From the NCBI GenBank assembly GCA_951406725.2, contig OX597836.1, positions 8,804,001 through 8,868,000 on the forward strand: a DNA stretch of 64,000 nt. The letters run 5' to 3'. Both the position numbers and the translations under genes were made by a program. The notes below the pieces were generated by a model, which had not been told where the DNA came from, did no database searches, and worked only from the letters and a program-made list of their open reading frames with translations. Shown in pieces: positions 1 through 13,774 of this stretch. The number at the start of each line of letters is the position of its first letter. Within the stretch, counting starts at the first letter, position 1. The stretch is from Octopus vulgaris (lineage: Eukaryota).

Positions 1-110
1 CTTTGGTGGAATTTGAACTCAGAACGCAAGTGTTCAATGTGGCCACCACTTGCAGCATGGGCAACATAAATGCGATAAGAGAATTCCTCCCAGACACGTA
101 TCAGCATATC

Positions 111-249
111 AAAAACAAGTTCTGTATGGAACTAAAGAATAAATTTGCTTTCCTTGAGGCGATTCCAGAAGATGTTGACATAGAAAGGAAATGGAAAAAC
201 TTCGATAAAGCATTCAACCAGGCAGCCAAAGAAGTACTCAGTGGATCAT
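111..249 (+). mobile_element. Non-LTR (RTE-like) ORF2 linker fragment
   Basis: Translates FCMELKNKFAFLEAIPEDVDIERKWKNFDKAFNQAAKEVL, resembling the segment between endonuclease and RT domains of RTE-type LINEs. Confidence 0.55.
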
Positions 250-458
250 GACATGTTGATACGCGCATCTGGGAGGAATTCTCTTATCGCATTGGTGTTG
301 CCCGTGCTGCAGGTGGTGGCCACATTAAACATTTGTAAGACAGCAAATAAAAGTTGGTTGTGAGTAAATACTTGTGACTTAGCTGGAGTTTTCTTTTGCT
401 TTTCCTTATTAAAATATTGCATAATGAAATCGGTTCATTCTTTTCGAATAACCCTGTA
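250..458 (+). mobile_element. Tc1/mariner 3' end (transposase C-terminus plus right TIR)
   Basis: WEEFSYRIGVARAAGGGHIKHL* followed by a TIR-like end ...TTCGAATAACCCTG and TA. Confidence 0.7.
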
Positions 459-569
459 TAAGATCACCGTATATCATCAAATACATTATCGAACGTTGAA
501 GATCTCAGTAAATCATTGGGGGCCATCACCAACCAAAAAACTTGAGGTGTTGGAATGGACTCTCAAAAC

Positions 570-1040
570 TCTAATGCACGACGCCATTCAATATAAATGG
601 TATGCATTGAGGGGAGGCCAGTTCATGTCTGAAAAGACACAGAAAAGCCGTTTGATCAGTTTCAAGCGATTACTTAAGATTAAAACCCCTCACAAACATG
701 GCCAGCTTTGGTTCTTCTCTGATGAGGAAAACTTCAATTAAGACCAAAAGTCTAACCAGCGAAATGACAGATGGTTAAGTGCAGATCCTTCCGATGTACC
801 CAGGGTGATTCACACTCCGTTTCCAGAAACTGGTTATAGAAGAGGTGAATAACAAAGGTCATGTTTTGCCACCAAACATCTTTCCATAAGGTCATAGAAT
901 TAATGCGCCTGGATAGTTGATATGCTGGAGACAGTCATTAAGCTCTGTATGGTTAAAGTGCACAGGGGAAGGCCGTACGTATTTCAATAAAACTCAGCGT
1001 CCTCTCACAAAGCCAACATAACTCAAGAATCCAAGAATGG
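570..1040 (+). pseudogene. Degenerate Tc1/mariner transposase (maT/DD37D-like)
   Basis: WFFSDEENFN*DQKSNQRNDRWL, GHVLPPNIF and RPYVFQ*NSASSHKA motifs, with stops and frameshifts. Confidence 0.8.
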
Positions 1041-1149
1041 ATTATAATTTGATAAACCTAACGATGTTATTTAGTTTAATCATTTATTATCTTCGCCATG
1101 AACTTAACTTCCAATGAGTAACACGCGTGTAAATCTATAGCGATAAAAA

Positions 1150-1320
1150 ATTCTTTCAAATTTTGGCACAAATCAGCCATTTTAATGTTCAACAGTTATT
1201 TTATCTCAACAACCATGAAGTGATGAAAGACAAAGTCGATCTCGGTGGGATATCAACGCGAACTGCCACAAGACATTTTGTCCGGCACTCTCTTGTCTCT
1301 TTCAGCTCGTCGTCCTAGCA
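1150..1320 (-). mobile_element. SINE family B, degraded
   Basis: gatgaaagacaaagtcgatctcggtgg matches the reverse complement of the family B core. Confidence 0.65.
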
Positions 1321-1439
1321 ACAATAATGATACTATAACATGATTTTTGTCCCTGGGTAGCAACTGTTACTCCCTATTTGCTAACCCCTAGAAAGTATGA
1401 GAAATGGCTACTATTTCCTTCAAACTTTGATTTTGTTAC

Positions 1440-1900
1440 ATTTATTTAAACCCCAAAGAATTCCTCTCAACACATGGCTACGATGCTCCCCCACGACTCC
1501 TGCTTATGATCAGAGTTGCACATATTGTCAGCCACTAGGGGACATGCTGAATCTATCTGAAATGTAATGGAAAATAGCTCAGTTTCAAAATATTGATGTC
1601 CAGGCCACAAAAGCAAAGTGTGAAGGGAATAGCAGTCATTTACTTTGATTTCTAGACAGAAGCACGTAGGAAATAACACTTACCGAGCAAATACAACAAT
1701 CAACTCTGGGTATTGAGTAGAATATTTGCCATAACGATATTTCTGCTTCAGCAACTCAGAGCTGAATCTGTTTGAAATGTAATGGAAAATAGGTCAGTTT
1801 TAAAATATTGATGTCCAGGTCACAAAATCAAAGTTTGAAGGGAATAGTTAGTCATTTCTTTTCATTTCTAGATAAAAATGAATAGAAAATAACACTCATT
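1440..1900. repeat. Fragment of the 31364-31912 retroposon plus a ~140 bp direct duplication
   Basis: 1445-1550 matches 31652-31757; 1546-1684 is repeated at 1761-1900. Confidence 0.75.
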
Positions 1901-2048
1901 GACCAAAGACACCACAAAAAAAAAACTCGTGTTGTACAGTTTCATCGTTTCATGATTTTGACGCAAGGCCAAAACTTTTACGGGCAAAGGAAAGTCGATT
2001 CCAGTGTTCTGATCGTATTTAGTTTCTTGACCCCGAAAAGATATAACA

Positions 2049-2049
2049 T

Positions 2050-2097
<48 letters not shown>

Positions 2098-2777
2098 CAC
2101 CACCACCACCACTACTACTACTTGTAATATTTGTTCTGTGAACGACCAGGCTTCGTCACTTCCAGTCAAGGCAAATAACCGGATGTGGTGTTGAAGTCAA
2201 TTTCGGATTTATTACCTTTAATTAGAGTCGTTCATCGGGAATACCTGAGATCTACACATTTAGGGATTTCTTAGACAACACCTAGCATAGGTGTGTGCGC
2301 TTGTATGTATGTGTGTGTGTGTGTGTGTGACTGTGAATGTGACTGTGCATGCGTGTGTGTGTATGGGGGGGGGGGGCGGTGAGTGCGTGTGTGTGTAGCT
2401 CTGTGCATATTCGTGTATATATATTTGTGAGAGTATGTTTGTGTGTGTGTGTATGTGTGTGTGTGTTGTGTATATGTGTGTGCATTAGTGGCTGTGTGTG
2501 CATGTGTATGTGTACATGTTTGTGAGCGTGTCCGTATGGTACTGGGCATGCATTTGTATGTGTGTGTATATACTTACGTGTGTGTATGTGTGTGTGTGTG
2601 TGTGTGTGTGGTTATGTTTGCATACGCGTGTGTATGTGTACGTGAGTGTGTGTAGGACTGTGTGCTCTACTGACTTTCCCTTCTGCCATGTTTTGGGCTG
2701 GGTTTCAGTTATTTAGCGATTTTGCCGAACAATATTGCTGTCTGTAATAAAATATTATTATATGCGAGTTTCCGCGT

Positions 2778-2864
<87 letters not shown>

Positions 2865-3080
2865 CGTATGTGTGCGTGTGTCTGTGTGTGTTGTTTGTAT
2901 ATATATATGTATATCGCGTATGTGTGCCTCTATATGTGTATGTGTGTGTGTGAGTGTTGTTTATATATATATATCGCGTATGTCTGTGTGTGTGTATGTT
3001 TGTACGTCTATGTGTCTATGTATGAGAGTCTGTACGAATATGCTAGTGCGTATATTTCAAACACTCCCCCACACATATAT

Positions 3081-3143
<63 letters not shown>

Positions 3144-3654
3144 ATGTATGTATATGTGCCACGTGTGTGTGTGTGTGTGTGTGTGCAGAGGAGCGATCTA
3201 TATACATCAGGAGACGGTGGTTGTATGTCAATGAAATATAATGCGTAGGAGTGAGTGGGTGTATATAAATATGACCTGGCAGAAATTGCAGAGAGCACAG
3301 AAGGAAACAACATACATGTATATATGTATATATGTGTGTGTGTGTGTCTGTGTGTATGTAGATATATATATCATATATATTGTATTTATGTGTGTGCGTG
3401 TGTGTGAGTATGTGTGTACGTGTGTGTGAGTATGTTTGTGCAGGTGTGTGTACGTATGTATGCAGGAATACTTACACATGTATCTACAACACATTTATTT
3501 ATATATCTATATAGGAAGAAAGACAGAGTGGGAGAGAGAGAGAGAGAGAGGAAGAGAGAGAGAGAGAGAGAGAGAGAGTGAGACAGATAGATAGATTAGA
3601 TAGATACAGAAATATATATAAATATGTGCAAACATATATAGCTATCTATCTATC

Positions 3655-3722
<68 letters not shown>

Positions 3723-3858
3723 ATAGATACATAGACATGCAAACAAATAGATTATATATATATATATATATTGATAGATAGATAGATACATACATACATA
3801 CATACATACACACACGCACATATGCACGCACACACACACACATACACACACACACAAA

Positions 3859-3919
<61 letters not shown>

Positions 3920-4014
3920 GCACATACTTATCTCTCTCTAGATAGACAGACAGATAGATAGATATTTTGATGAATTGATACGGAAAGATAGGAAATAACC
4001 GAGAGAGAGAGCGA

Positions 4015-4087
<73 letters not shown>

Positions 4088-4100
4088 GCAGACAGCTAGA
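2049..4100. repeat. Compound microsatellite tract (CTA, CCA, GT, AT, GA, GATA)
   Basis: Direct reading. Confidence 0.95.
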
Positions 4101-4491
4101 TAACTTTTGCATAAGTAGATCAGAGGGAGCAAAGAAGAAGAACCCAAAAAATATACTTAAAAAGCAAACATAATCTATTTAAACAAAAGACTATAAAATA
4201 AGAACAAAAGAGAGCAACAAGAATAAAAAAGTAACTGAAAAACAAAAAAACAATGATGAATAAAAGAAGGCAAGAATAAGAGAATACAAGAATTGTTTTA
4301 TTGGTTTATTGATGGAATGAATAGTTACAGCGTAGTGGGAACGTTGTTCGTGTAAACATGATATTCTTGTTGTTGTGGTTGTGGCGGTGGTGGAGGCGGT
4401 GGCGGCGGTGGCGGTGGTGGTGGCGGTGGTGGTGTTGCACTTGTAGGTGTTACCGTTGGTGGCGCTGTTGGTCGTCTTTTTGTTATTGTTA

Positions 4492-4912
4492 TACTCTTTT
4501 ACTCTTTTTTACTTGTTTCAGTCATTTGACTGCGGCCATGCTGGAGCACCGCCTTTAGTCGAAGAAATCGACGCCCCAGGACTTATTCTTTGTAAGCCTA
4601 GTACTTATATTCTATCGGTCTCTTTTGCCGAACCGCTAAGTTACGGGGACGTAAACACACCACCATCGGTTGTCAAGCAATGCTAGGGGGACAAACACAG
4701 ACACACAAACATATACACACACATACATATATACATATATACATATAAACGACGGGCTTCTTTCAGTTTCCGTCTACCAAATACTCTCACAAGGCTTTGG
4801 TCGGCTCGAAGCTATAGTAGAAGGCACTTGTCCAAATTGCCACTCAGTGGGACTGATCCAGGAACCATGTGGTTGGTATGCAAGCTACTTACCACACAGC
4901 CACTCCTGCGCC
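4492..4912 (-). mobile_element. SINE family A, full length (~420 bp, tRNA-derived head, internal AT/GT microsatellite, TAAAAGAG tail)
   Basis: Head GGCGCAGGAGTGGCTGTGTGGTAAG with A/B-box-like motifs; many copies in the window. Confidence 0.9.
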
Positions 4913-4981
4913 TTCACACACACACACACACACATATGGATATATATGTTCATATATACATATGTTCATATATATGTATAA

Positions 4982-5146
4982 GACAGGAGTGTCTGTGTGG
5001 TAAGACGCTTGCTTCCCAACCACATGGTTCCGGGTTCAGTCCCACTGTATGGCACCTTGGGCATGTGTTTTCTACTATAGCTGCGGGCCAACCAAAGCCT
5101 TGTGAGCGGATTTGGTGCTCGGAAACTGAAAGAAGCCCATCGTATA
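4982..5146 (+). mobile_element. SINE family A, 5' half
   Basis: gtgtggtaag...ccgggttcagtcccactg...ggcaccttgggca. Confidence 0.85.
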
Positions 5147-5946
5147 TAAATACATATTATCGTAAAAAGCGTTTTAACAAACTATTATTGAATGAAAATA
5201 AGCTAAAGTTAGTTCGCAAGATACGTCTAATGGCAGTTATTTGCGTGTAAAGCAAACTTGATTTAAAAGGGCTCATTTCATTGGTTGAAAAATATACTAG
5301 CCGAAGCCGTCTTGGTTTTTGACCGAAAATTACTCCAAAAGATTGTTTCTGGGTGCCTCTAGAAATTTCCAATGACGGTTATATAAACCACAACTTTTCC
5401 ATGTTTTTCAGTGACATTTACGCTCTTCTCACGAGGCTATGTCACTCTCAATTTTGCGTGTCTCATTGTTTTGAAATGTCTCTGACACGAACGTAATAGC
5501 CGCGCCATTATTCTCCATTACGATCTTAAGTCATTTGTGTAAACATTTTCCTTAGAATACTTTGAGGAATTAGTTAAAGAATTTAAGAGAACAGTTTGAG
5601 ATTACTCCTGATATATATTTTGTAATTGTAATTATTTATCTCTATAAAGTAAAGGAAGTATTGATCAAAATAGTTCGACTCTGATCTTTTGCATTCAATA
5701 ATGCTTGGTCTATTAACTGATTCAAGTTGCAAGAGAAAGCCATAATAGAAAAAAAAGATTTGTGCATCTTATGCAACATATTCAGTTTGTTTTCAGCTAA
5801 AACCTTGCGGAGATGTTGCACCAAGACACATTATTATCTGCTAAATTTAACTGATCTTGATAGTTGAACTGGTGACGCCGAGATCACTAGAAGAGTTAGA
5901 CTGACAACCTGAAGTCAACTATCTAGTTCAGTGCATGTATATATAT

Positions 5947-5980
<34 letters not shown>

Positions 5981-5984
5981 ATAC

Positions 5985-6058
5985 AAATAATGTGCATAAT
6001 AATGTAAATAATGTAAATAATGTGCATAATTCCTCATCTCTTAAATATAGAACTGTAA
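5985..6058 (+). mobile_element. Probable 3' tip of the PLE terminal repeat
   Basis: aatgtaaataatgt repeats like those ending the 29193-29524 unit. Confidence 0.45.
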
Positions 6059-6221
6059 TAGTTTACTGTCCAGCAAAGAGAACACGGAATAACCTATCGG
6101 AAGAATTCACGGAATGACTAACAATTAAATGTCGTGAGATACTGATCGTCGTGGTTAGCCCTTAACTGGAACCCAATTGAGAGCCAATAATATATCCTTC
6201 CAAATTCACTTCATTCTTTTG

Positions 6222-6387
6222 CTCTTTTACTTGTTTCAGTCAAATGACTGTGGCTATGCTGGAGCACCGTCTTTAGTCAAACAGGGCTTATTTTTGTAAG
6301 TCTAGTACTTATTCTATCGGTCTCTTTTGCCGATAGAAAAGACATCGGCTGTCAAGCGATGTTGGAGGGACAAACACAGACACAGAG

Positions 6388-6426
<39 letters not shown>

Positions 6427-6637
6427 CACACACACACACACACACACACAAATATACATATATATACAAATATATACGACGGGTTTCTTTCAGTTTCCGT
6501 CAACCAAATCCACTCACAAGGCTTTGCTCGGCCGGGGCTATACTAGAAGACACATGTCCAGGGTGCCACACAGTGGAACTGAACCTGAAACCATGTGGTT
6601 GGTAAGCAAGCTTCTTACCACACACGCACGCTGCGCC
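6222..6637 (-). mobile_element. SINE family A
   Basis: Similarity to 4492-4912. Confidence 0.85.
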
Positions 6638-6894
6638 TATATACAATGCATATAATAAATATATCTCATAGATAATAATAATAATATACGACATAGATTA
6701 TACATAACATGCATACATATACAGTACCAATATATGCACACGCACACACTCACACAGAAAGAAACACACACACATACACACGCGCGCGCGCGCACAGGTA
6801 TAAAAGACCGCTTATGAACACATCGTAGCGCTTCATGCATGAATCTCAGGAATTCAACAGAAATATAATGGGGCGCATTAATAATATCAACAAT

Positions 6895-6939
<45 letters not shown>

Positions 6940-7111
6940 AATAATAACAATAGGGACTTCTCATCCGTCCACCCCGATCTTCCCTGTTTTCTTTTTATAT
7001 ACATATATATAATTTTTTTTTTCTGTCTTTCCTATACCGGGTGTGTCTCACCTGTTGATTGATCCACCTTTTTTTCTTTTCCCGTGTTAAAATAAACACG
7101 TGTGCGCACGC

Positions 7112-7143
<32 letters not shown>

Positions 7144-7216
7144 ATTACATATATACAATTATATATATATACATATGTCCATAAGTAGGCGTAAACAGAT
7201 AGATAGATGCGTGTGC

Positions 7217-7274
<58 letters not shown>

Positions 7275-7287
7275 CATATATATACAT

Positions 7288-7432
7288 GTGGCTGTGTGGT
7301 AAGAAGCTTTATTACCAACCACATGGTATGGTTCCGGGTTCCGTTCCTTGGGCAAGAATCTTCTACTATAGCCTCGGGCCGACCAAAGCTTTGTGAGTGG
7401 ATTTGGTAGAAGGAAACTGAAAGAAGCCCGTC

Positions 7433-7435
<3 letters not shown>
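7288..7435 (+). mobile_element. SINE family A, 5' half
   Basis: gtggctgtgtggtaagaagc...aagaagcccgtcg. Confidence 0.85.
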
Positions 7436-7506
<71 letters not shown>

Positions 7507-7924
7507 ATGTATATATGTGTATATGTATATGTTTGTATATATATATATATATATATATGGGCATATATATACATATATATACAAACATATACATATACAC
7601 ATATATACATACACACATATAAACATATATATAAATATATATACATATACATACACACACAAGCATACACACACACACACACACAAATATATATATATAC
7701 AGAGAGACGAACCTTTGTTTGGAGTTTGACACGAACTCAGCCACCCCCACCCCTCATCCGCCCCGCACCCTTACTCCATCTATCACACACACATACACAC
7801 AGGTGACACTAGCCCGACCCCGTCACCAGCCAAACCTACCACCGCCACCCCCAATACCATCACATACACACGACAATAACACAAAGACGAACAGCAAATC
7901 CCCCTCTTTTCCCTTTCCCCCGTA

Positions 7925-9153
7925 TCCCCCACCACCATCACCACCACCATCACCATCACCACCACCACCACCACCACCACCACTACAACCACCACCACCA
8001 CCACCACCACCATCACCACCACCACCACCACCACCACCACCACCACCACCACCACCACCACCACCACCACCACCACCACCACCACCATCACCACCACCAC
8101 CACCACCACCACCACCACCACCACCACCACCATCACCATCACCACCACCACCACCACCACCACAACCACCACTGTTTACCATTTTGCACCTTATGTATCC
8201 GTCTTACACCGCCCCGCCCGTGCCCACCCAGTTCTAACGAAAAACCACTTTCCCATTATAAGAAAAAAACTGCTTTCGTATTGGAAATAAAAGAACATAG
8301 ACAACATGGTCACGATTAGAATGTCCTTGAGGTTTAAACAGCAACGACGCCGTTGCGTGACAAGAGGGGGGGGTCTCCTTTGTGATCAACCGATGTGCTA
8401 GAATTAGCAGCTAAATCTTGTTGAAATTATACATTTAAGAGTAAATAAGGACTTAATTAAGACAATTATTTTTAAAAAATTCTTTGAAAGAGGTTTGTTT
8501 CCCAACCACATGGTTCCGAGTTTCATCCCATTGGGTCGCACCCTGGGCAAGTGTCTTTTACCTTAGCCTCGGCCCGACCAAAGCCCTGTGAATTTGGTAG
8601 ATAGAAACTAAAAGAAGCCCGTTATATATATATATATGCTAAATAGCAGCAGCAGCAACAACAGCAGCAACAAACAAGGAATCCAACACCGTCTTCACCT
8701 TTATGACCACTCCCACCAACATTATTACCATCGCCGTCACCACCATCATCATCACCATCGCCACCGCATCATCACCATCGCCATCGCCATGGCCACCACC
8801 ACACACTCACCATCAACATCACCATCACTACCATTGCCATCGCCATCGCCGTCACCTCCATCATTGCCATCACCACCACTTTAATACCACTACCACGTCC
8901 TTCTCCACCCTATCCCCACCAACAAGATCGCCGTCGCCACCACCACGACTAATGCTACCCCTCCCCCAACAACCACAGCAATAACGAACATTAACACCGA
9001 CACCACATTAACCTTCACCAAACACCAGCACTACCCCCACCCCTACCCCCAACGTGTACCACTATCCCGAGTAACACTATGCCAACTACATCAGCATTAA
9101 CTCTCACCAACACCGCATCCTTTTCTTCCCAATACCATCCCGCCACCACCACC

Positions 9154-9187
<34 letters not shown>

Positions 9188-9218
9188 TCATCATCATCAC
9201 CACCATTATCATCATCAT

Positions 9219-9273
<55 letters not shown>

Positions 9274-9443
9274 GTCACCATCAACATCATCATCATCATC
9301 ATCGTCACCATCACCATCATCACCATCATCATTATCATCATCATCATCATCAACATCATCATCATCATCATCATCGTCATCATCATCATCACCAGTATCA
9401 TCCCATCATCATCATCACCACCACCACCACCACCACCATCACC

Positions 9444-9492
<49 letters not shown>

Positions 9493-9510
9493 TATCATCA
9501 TCGTCATCAG
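7925..9510. repeat. (CCA)n and (CAT)n trinucleotide arrays, with a SINE A fragment at ~8495-8625
   Basis: Direct reading. Confidence 0.9.
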
Positions 9511-9869
9511 TGGCAGCACTAATTGAGAAACAACAACCATCCCTTCCAAAACATCACTAAAAAATTTCCACGAACGACATCTGCAAAGATTTAGGGCCTC
9601 ATCCATTGAATAACGATTGATGGAAACAGCACTGGAAATTGTCCTCGCTCGCTTTTTCTCTTTCGGAAGTGATATGTGTGTCGTTGTTGTTGTTGTTGTT
9701 GTTGTTAGTGCTTTAGCCGTTGTTATTTTCGTTGTTCTTGTGTGTTGTGCTTGCTGTTGTTATTGACGTTGCTACTTTTAAATATCTCAATGTTAGCTGG
9801 ACTGTAACGTTGAGTGTAAGATTTCATGTAACATCCGATTGTACATGAAATCTTGCATACATACATACT

Positions 9870-9952
<83 letters not shown>

Positions 9953-10027
9953 TTAATAAATAAAACATATGCATATATATAAACATATATGTACGTACCT
10001 ACCTCCACATGTACATATACACGCATA

Positions 10028-10335
10028 TATGAGTACAGGACACAAAAAAAAACGTCGAACACAATGAGAAACGAAAACATAGACACAAACTTAAGGAACT
10101 GGACATTTTTTTAAACAACAAAAAAATAGAGTACAGGACAATTAACACAAAGAAAAAACCCCTTCTTCAGTCGCCATGGTTTCATCTACTCTACGTTTCG
10201 AAGGTGAAGGTGAGACGTATCTTCGAATAAGAAACTTTCCTTCCTGCGAAAAGCAAATCAATTAAAATTTGAAATCTTTTTGCAGAGGGGTAAAAATGGT
10301 AACAAAACCAGGACAGTAACGACAGTACAAAATAT
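10028..10335 (-). mobile_element. Interspersed repeat, probably a PLE terminal region (copy 1)
   Basis: Diverged direct copy at 10848-11180; hammerhead half-motifs on the minus strand. Confidence 0.5.
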
Positions 10336-10402
10336 AAGCAGTAATAATAGAAATATTAAAATTACTAAGTTTCTCTAAAGGAGATTACGGCAGCGTTACT
10401 GG

Positions 10403-10709
10403 ATATTAATAGTTATCGGCATACTAATATGGCAGTCTAAATATAAGACTAAAGCTGTCGCTGATTAGCTCCAAGAGGCCATCGCCTCTAGCTAGCTATA
10501 TGACACACGAACCTGCATCCATTACAACCTTCGAACAGATGTCTGACTAGCGAGGTGAAGCGGCTGACCTCCCCTGTTCGAAGGTTGTAATGGACGCAGG
10601 TTCGTGTGTCATATAGCTAGCTAGAGGCGATGGCCTCTTGGAGCTAATCAGCGACAGCTTTAGTCTTATATTTAGACTGCCATATTAGTATGGCGATAAC
10701 TATTAATAT
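10403..10709. repeat. Near-perfect inverted repeat, 136 bp arms and 35 nt loop
   Basis: 10403-10538 is the reverse complement of 10574-10709 with two mismatches seen. Confidence 0.97.
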
Positions 10710-10730
10710 ATATATATATATGTATGTATG

Positions 10731-10808
<78 letters not shown>

Positions 10809-10847
10809 CCCACATATATATACATACCCATATATATATACGCATAT

Positions 10848-11180
10848 GGGTACAGGTCATCAAAAAAACGTTGAACCCAATGAGAAACGATAGCATAAAA
10901 GCAAAAACATAGAAACGAACTTTTTTTCGAACAACGAAGAAAGCAAACGGAGAAACGAGACATGCAACATAAAGAATATTCCCTTTTATCAATTGTCTCT
11001 GTTTCAATTGTCTCTGTTTCATCTACTTTCGTTTTCGTTTTCGAAGGCAAGGTCAATATGCGACTTGGTTGAAACAATCCTTCCCGCAAAGCAAATTAAA
11101 TAAAATTTGGGATTTTTCGCGGAGGGTAAAAGTGGGAACAAGAACAGTACAGTGAGAAAAAGACAGTAAAAACAAACGGT
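10848..11180 (-). mobile_element. Interspersed repeat, probably a PLE terminal region (copy 2)
   Basis: gggtacagg...aaacgttgaacccaatgagaaacga matches 10030-10075. Confidence 0.5.
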
Positions 11181-11574
11181 GGGGGCTGTTAAGCCAAGAC
11201 GATAGAAAAATTATTATGAACGCTAGGAGGACGAGCTTATGAGCGGAGACAGGTATAAGCTCGTCTTTAGGAAGGAAACGGGCAGAAAGATAGATTCCCT
11301 TTCGTCACGTGTCAACGACGAGAGAGTCAAGGAGGAAGAGTGAGAGAGAGGGAACGGTGAAGAGGAGAGAAGAATAGGGAAGGCTGGGAGAATATATATA
11401 TATAAACTAATAATTGAAATGAGGGAAGGAAAAAATCAAAACACTACAATTGTTTCCGTGAACGGACGATATCCCTTATTTCATACTTCATACAATGTTA
11501 TGCAATTCATACAATGTTGTATAACACATGCTATGAAATATGGACAAATGTAATGATATTCCTAATAATAATAA

Positions 11575-11865
11575 TTTATTCTTTTATTAGCCACAAGGCA
11601 TCACATAAAATTATATTAAAAGACATACAACAACATAAAAGACAAAAAGCAGGACGATACAATGGATTTTACAACGTGTAAACTATGTAAATAATTAAAA
11701 ATTAAATAAATGGAAACTCCCAATACGGGAGGCGCTTTAAGGACCTCATGGAAAAACGCACAAAAGCTATGGGTGCCTGAACATAACCCTAACAGGGCAA
11801 GAGCCTTTCTCCCTTTTTTTTTTTTACAGGTGCACGCTCAGAAGTGGTCCTTTCACACTCGCCGC
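11575..11865 (-). mobile_element. Probable LINE 3' end (last codons, 3' UTR, (ATT)n tail)
   Basis: ...ASVKGPLLSVHL* then a UTR ending CCTTGTGGCTAATAAAAGAA, flanked by AAT repeats on both sides. Confidence 0.5.
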
Positions 11866-11906
11866 TTTTTATAGAATAATAATAATGATGGTTTCAAATT
11901 TGGGGC

Positions 11907-11964
<58 letters not shown>

Positions 11965-12154
11965 TGATGATGATGATTTGCTTTGTTGGCCACAAGGGCC
12001 CAAGATATGGAGGACAATATCGAACGACTACTGTGACTGCTGCTGCTACTACTACTGCTACTACTACTGCTACTACTACTACCGTTGCTGTTGTTGTTGT
12101 TGCTGCTGCTGCTGCTGTTACTATCTGAGAAACAATAAGAAGACCAGTGCGTAG

Positions 12155-12345
12155 TCGGTGTGCTAGAGACAGCAGCCAAATGTCACTCAAATTGCATTCT
12201 ACACTCTAAATGAATTAAGGACTCCTTAGACGATGTCGTTCTTTCTACATACCCCTAAACAGATGGGTTGGTCACGGTTGGGACAAGTCTTTCATCATAA
12301 AATCCGTCGATGAAGACTGATCTTGAGGCCGAACAACGCCCACCA
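12155..12345 (+). mobile_element. Old retroposon 3' fragment with CAA-type tail (related copies near 8350-8440, 51840-51990, 60190-60330)
   Basis: Shared gctagaaatagcagccaaat motif. Confidence 0.55.
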
Positions 12346-12361
12346 CCACAACCACCACCTT

Positions 12362-12425
<64 letters not shown>

Positions 12426-12540
12426 GTGTTTTCAATGAATTGTTACAGCTGGTTTTGTTTATTCAGTTGCTGTTAGTGCATTTGGCGTTGTAGTTGTTGC
12501 TGGTGATGATGATGATGATGATGATGACGACGACGACGAT

Positions 12541-12583
<43 letters not shown>

Positions 12584-12782
12584 CGTTGCTGTAGTAGTTA
12601 TTGTTGTTCATGATGATGATGATGATAGCGATGGTGGTGGTAGTGGTGGTGGTGGTGGTGGTGGTGGTTGTGGTGGTGGTGGTGGTTGTGACGGCGGTAA
12701 TGGTGATGATGATGATGATGTTTTCATAGTACCATTCGCCTGCAGCTTCTTGCAACGCCGTTACACCATCTGCTGATAATCT

Positions 12783-12828
<46 letters not shown>

Positions 12829-13145
12829 GCAATTGTTGTTGTCACTGTTGTTGTTGTTGTTGTCGGTGGTGCTGGTGGTGTTGATTTAAACGTTGGTGTT
12901 ACGGTAAGGTTAGTACGCTGGAATTTTCATTCAGTTTTAATATATACAATGTATAGTTTCAATACATATACACACATATACAAACACACGCACGCATACA
13001 TTTGTGTGTGTGTGTGTGTACATGTGCATTCGTTTGTGAATACGCATATGTAAGCATGTGTGTATATATAGATGTATGTATATATACATACATACATTCA
13101 TACATGCAGACACACACACATATATATGTATATATATATACATAC

Positions 13146-13256
<111 letters not shown>

Positions 13257-13582
13257 TAAATATATATGTTTATATATATATAAATATACATACATATATT
13301 CATTTATGTAATTTTATATCTACATACACACGTACACTCACATGCACACACACATTTATATATATATATGTATGTATATATATGTATATCTATCTATATA
13401 TATTTATATATATGTGTGTATATATTCATATATATATATACACCTATCTATACGTATATACATCTCTATGAATATGTATGCGCATATGTACGCGCACATA
13501 CGTCTATGCACATATATACATATGTATATATCTATCTATATGTCTATATATCTATGCATATATATACATACACATGTACATA

Positions 13583-13649
<67 letters not shown>

Positions 13650-13660
13650 CAAAGATAGAA

Positions 13661-13774
<114 letters not shown>

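Noticed and set aside
715-740. CTGATGA...GAAAA motif
   Set aside because: It encodes the FSDEE catalytic motif of the transposase relic and has no stems
7719-8237. Formin/extensin-like polyproline ORF
   Set aside because: Essentially pure (CCA)n with no synonymous codon variation and no flanking domain
10403-10709. Known self-cleaving ribozyme within the palindrome
   Set aside because: No complete hammerhead, HDV, twister or pistol core could be assembled by eye on either strand
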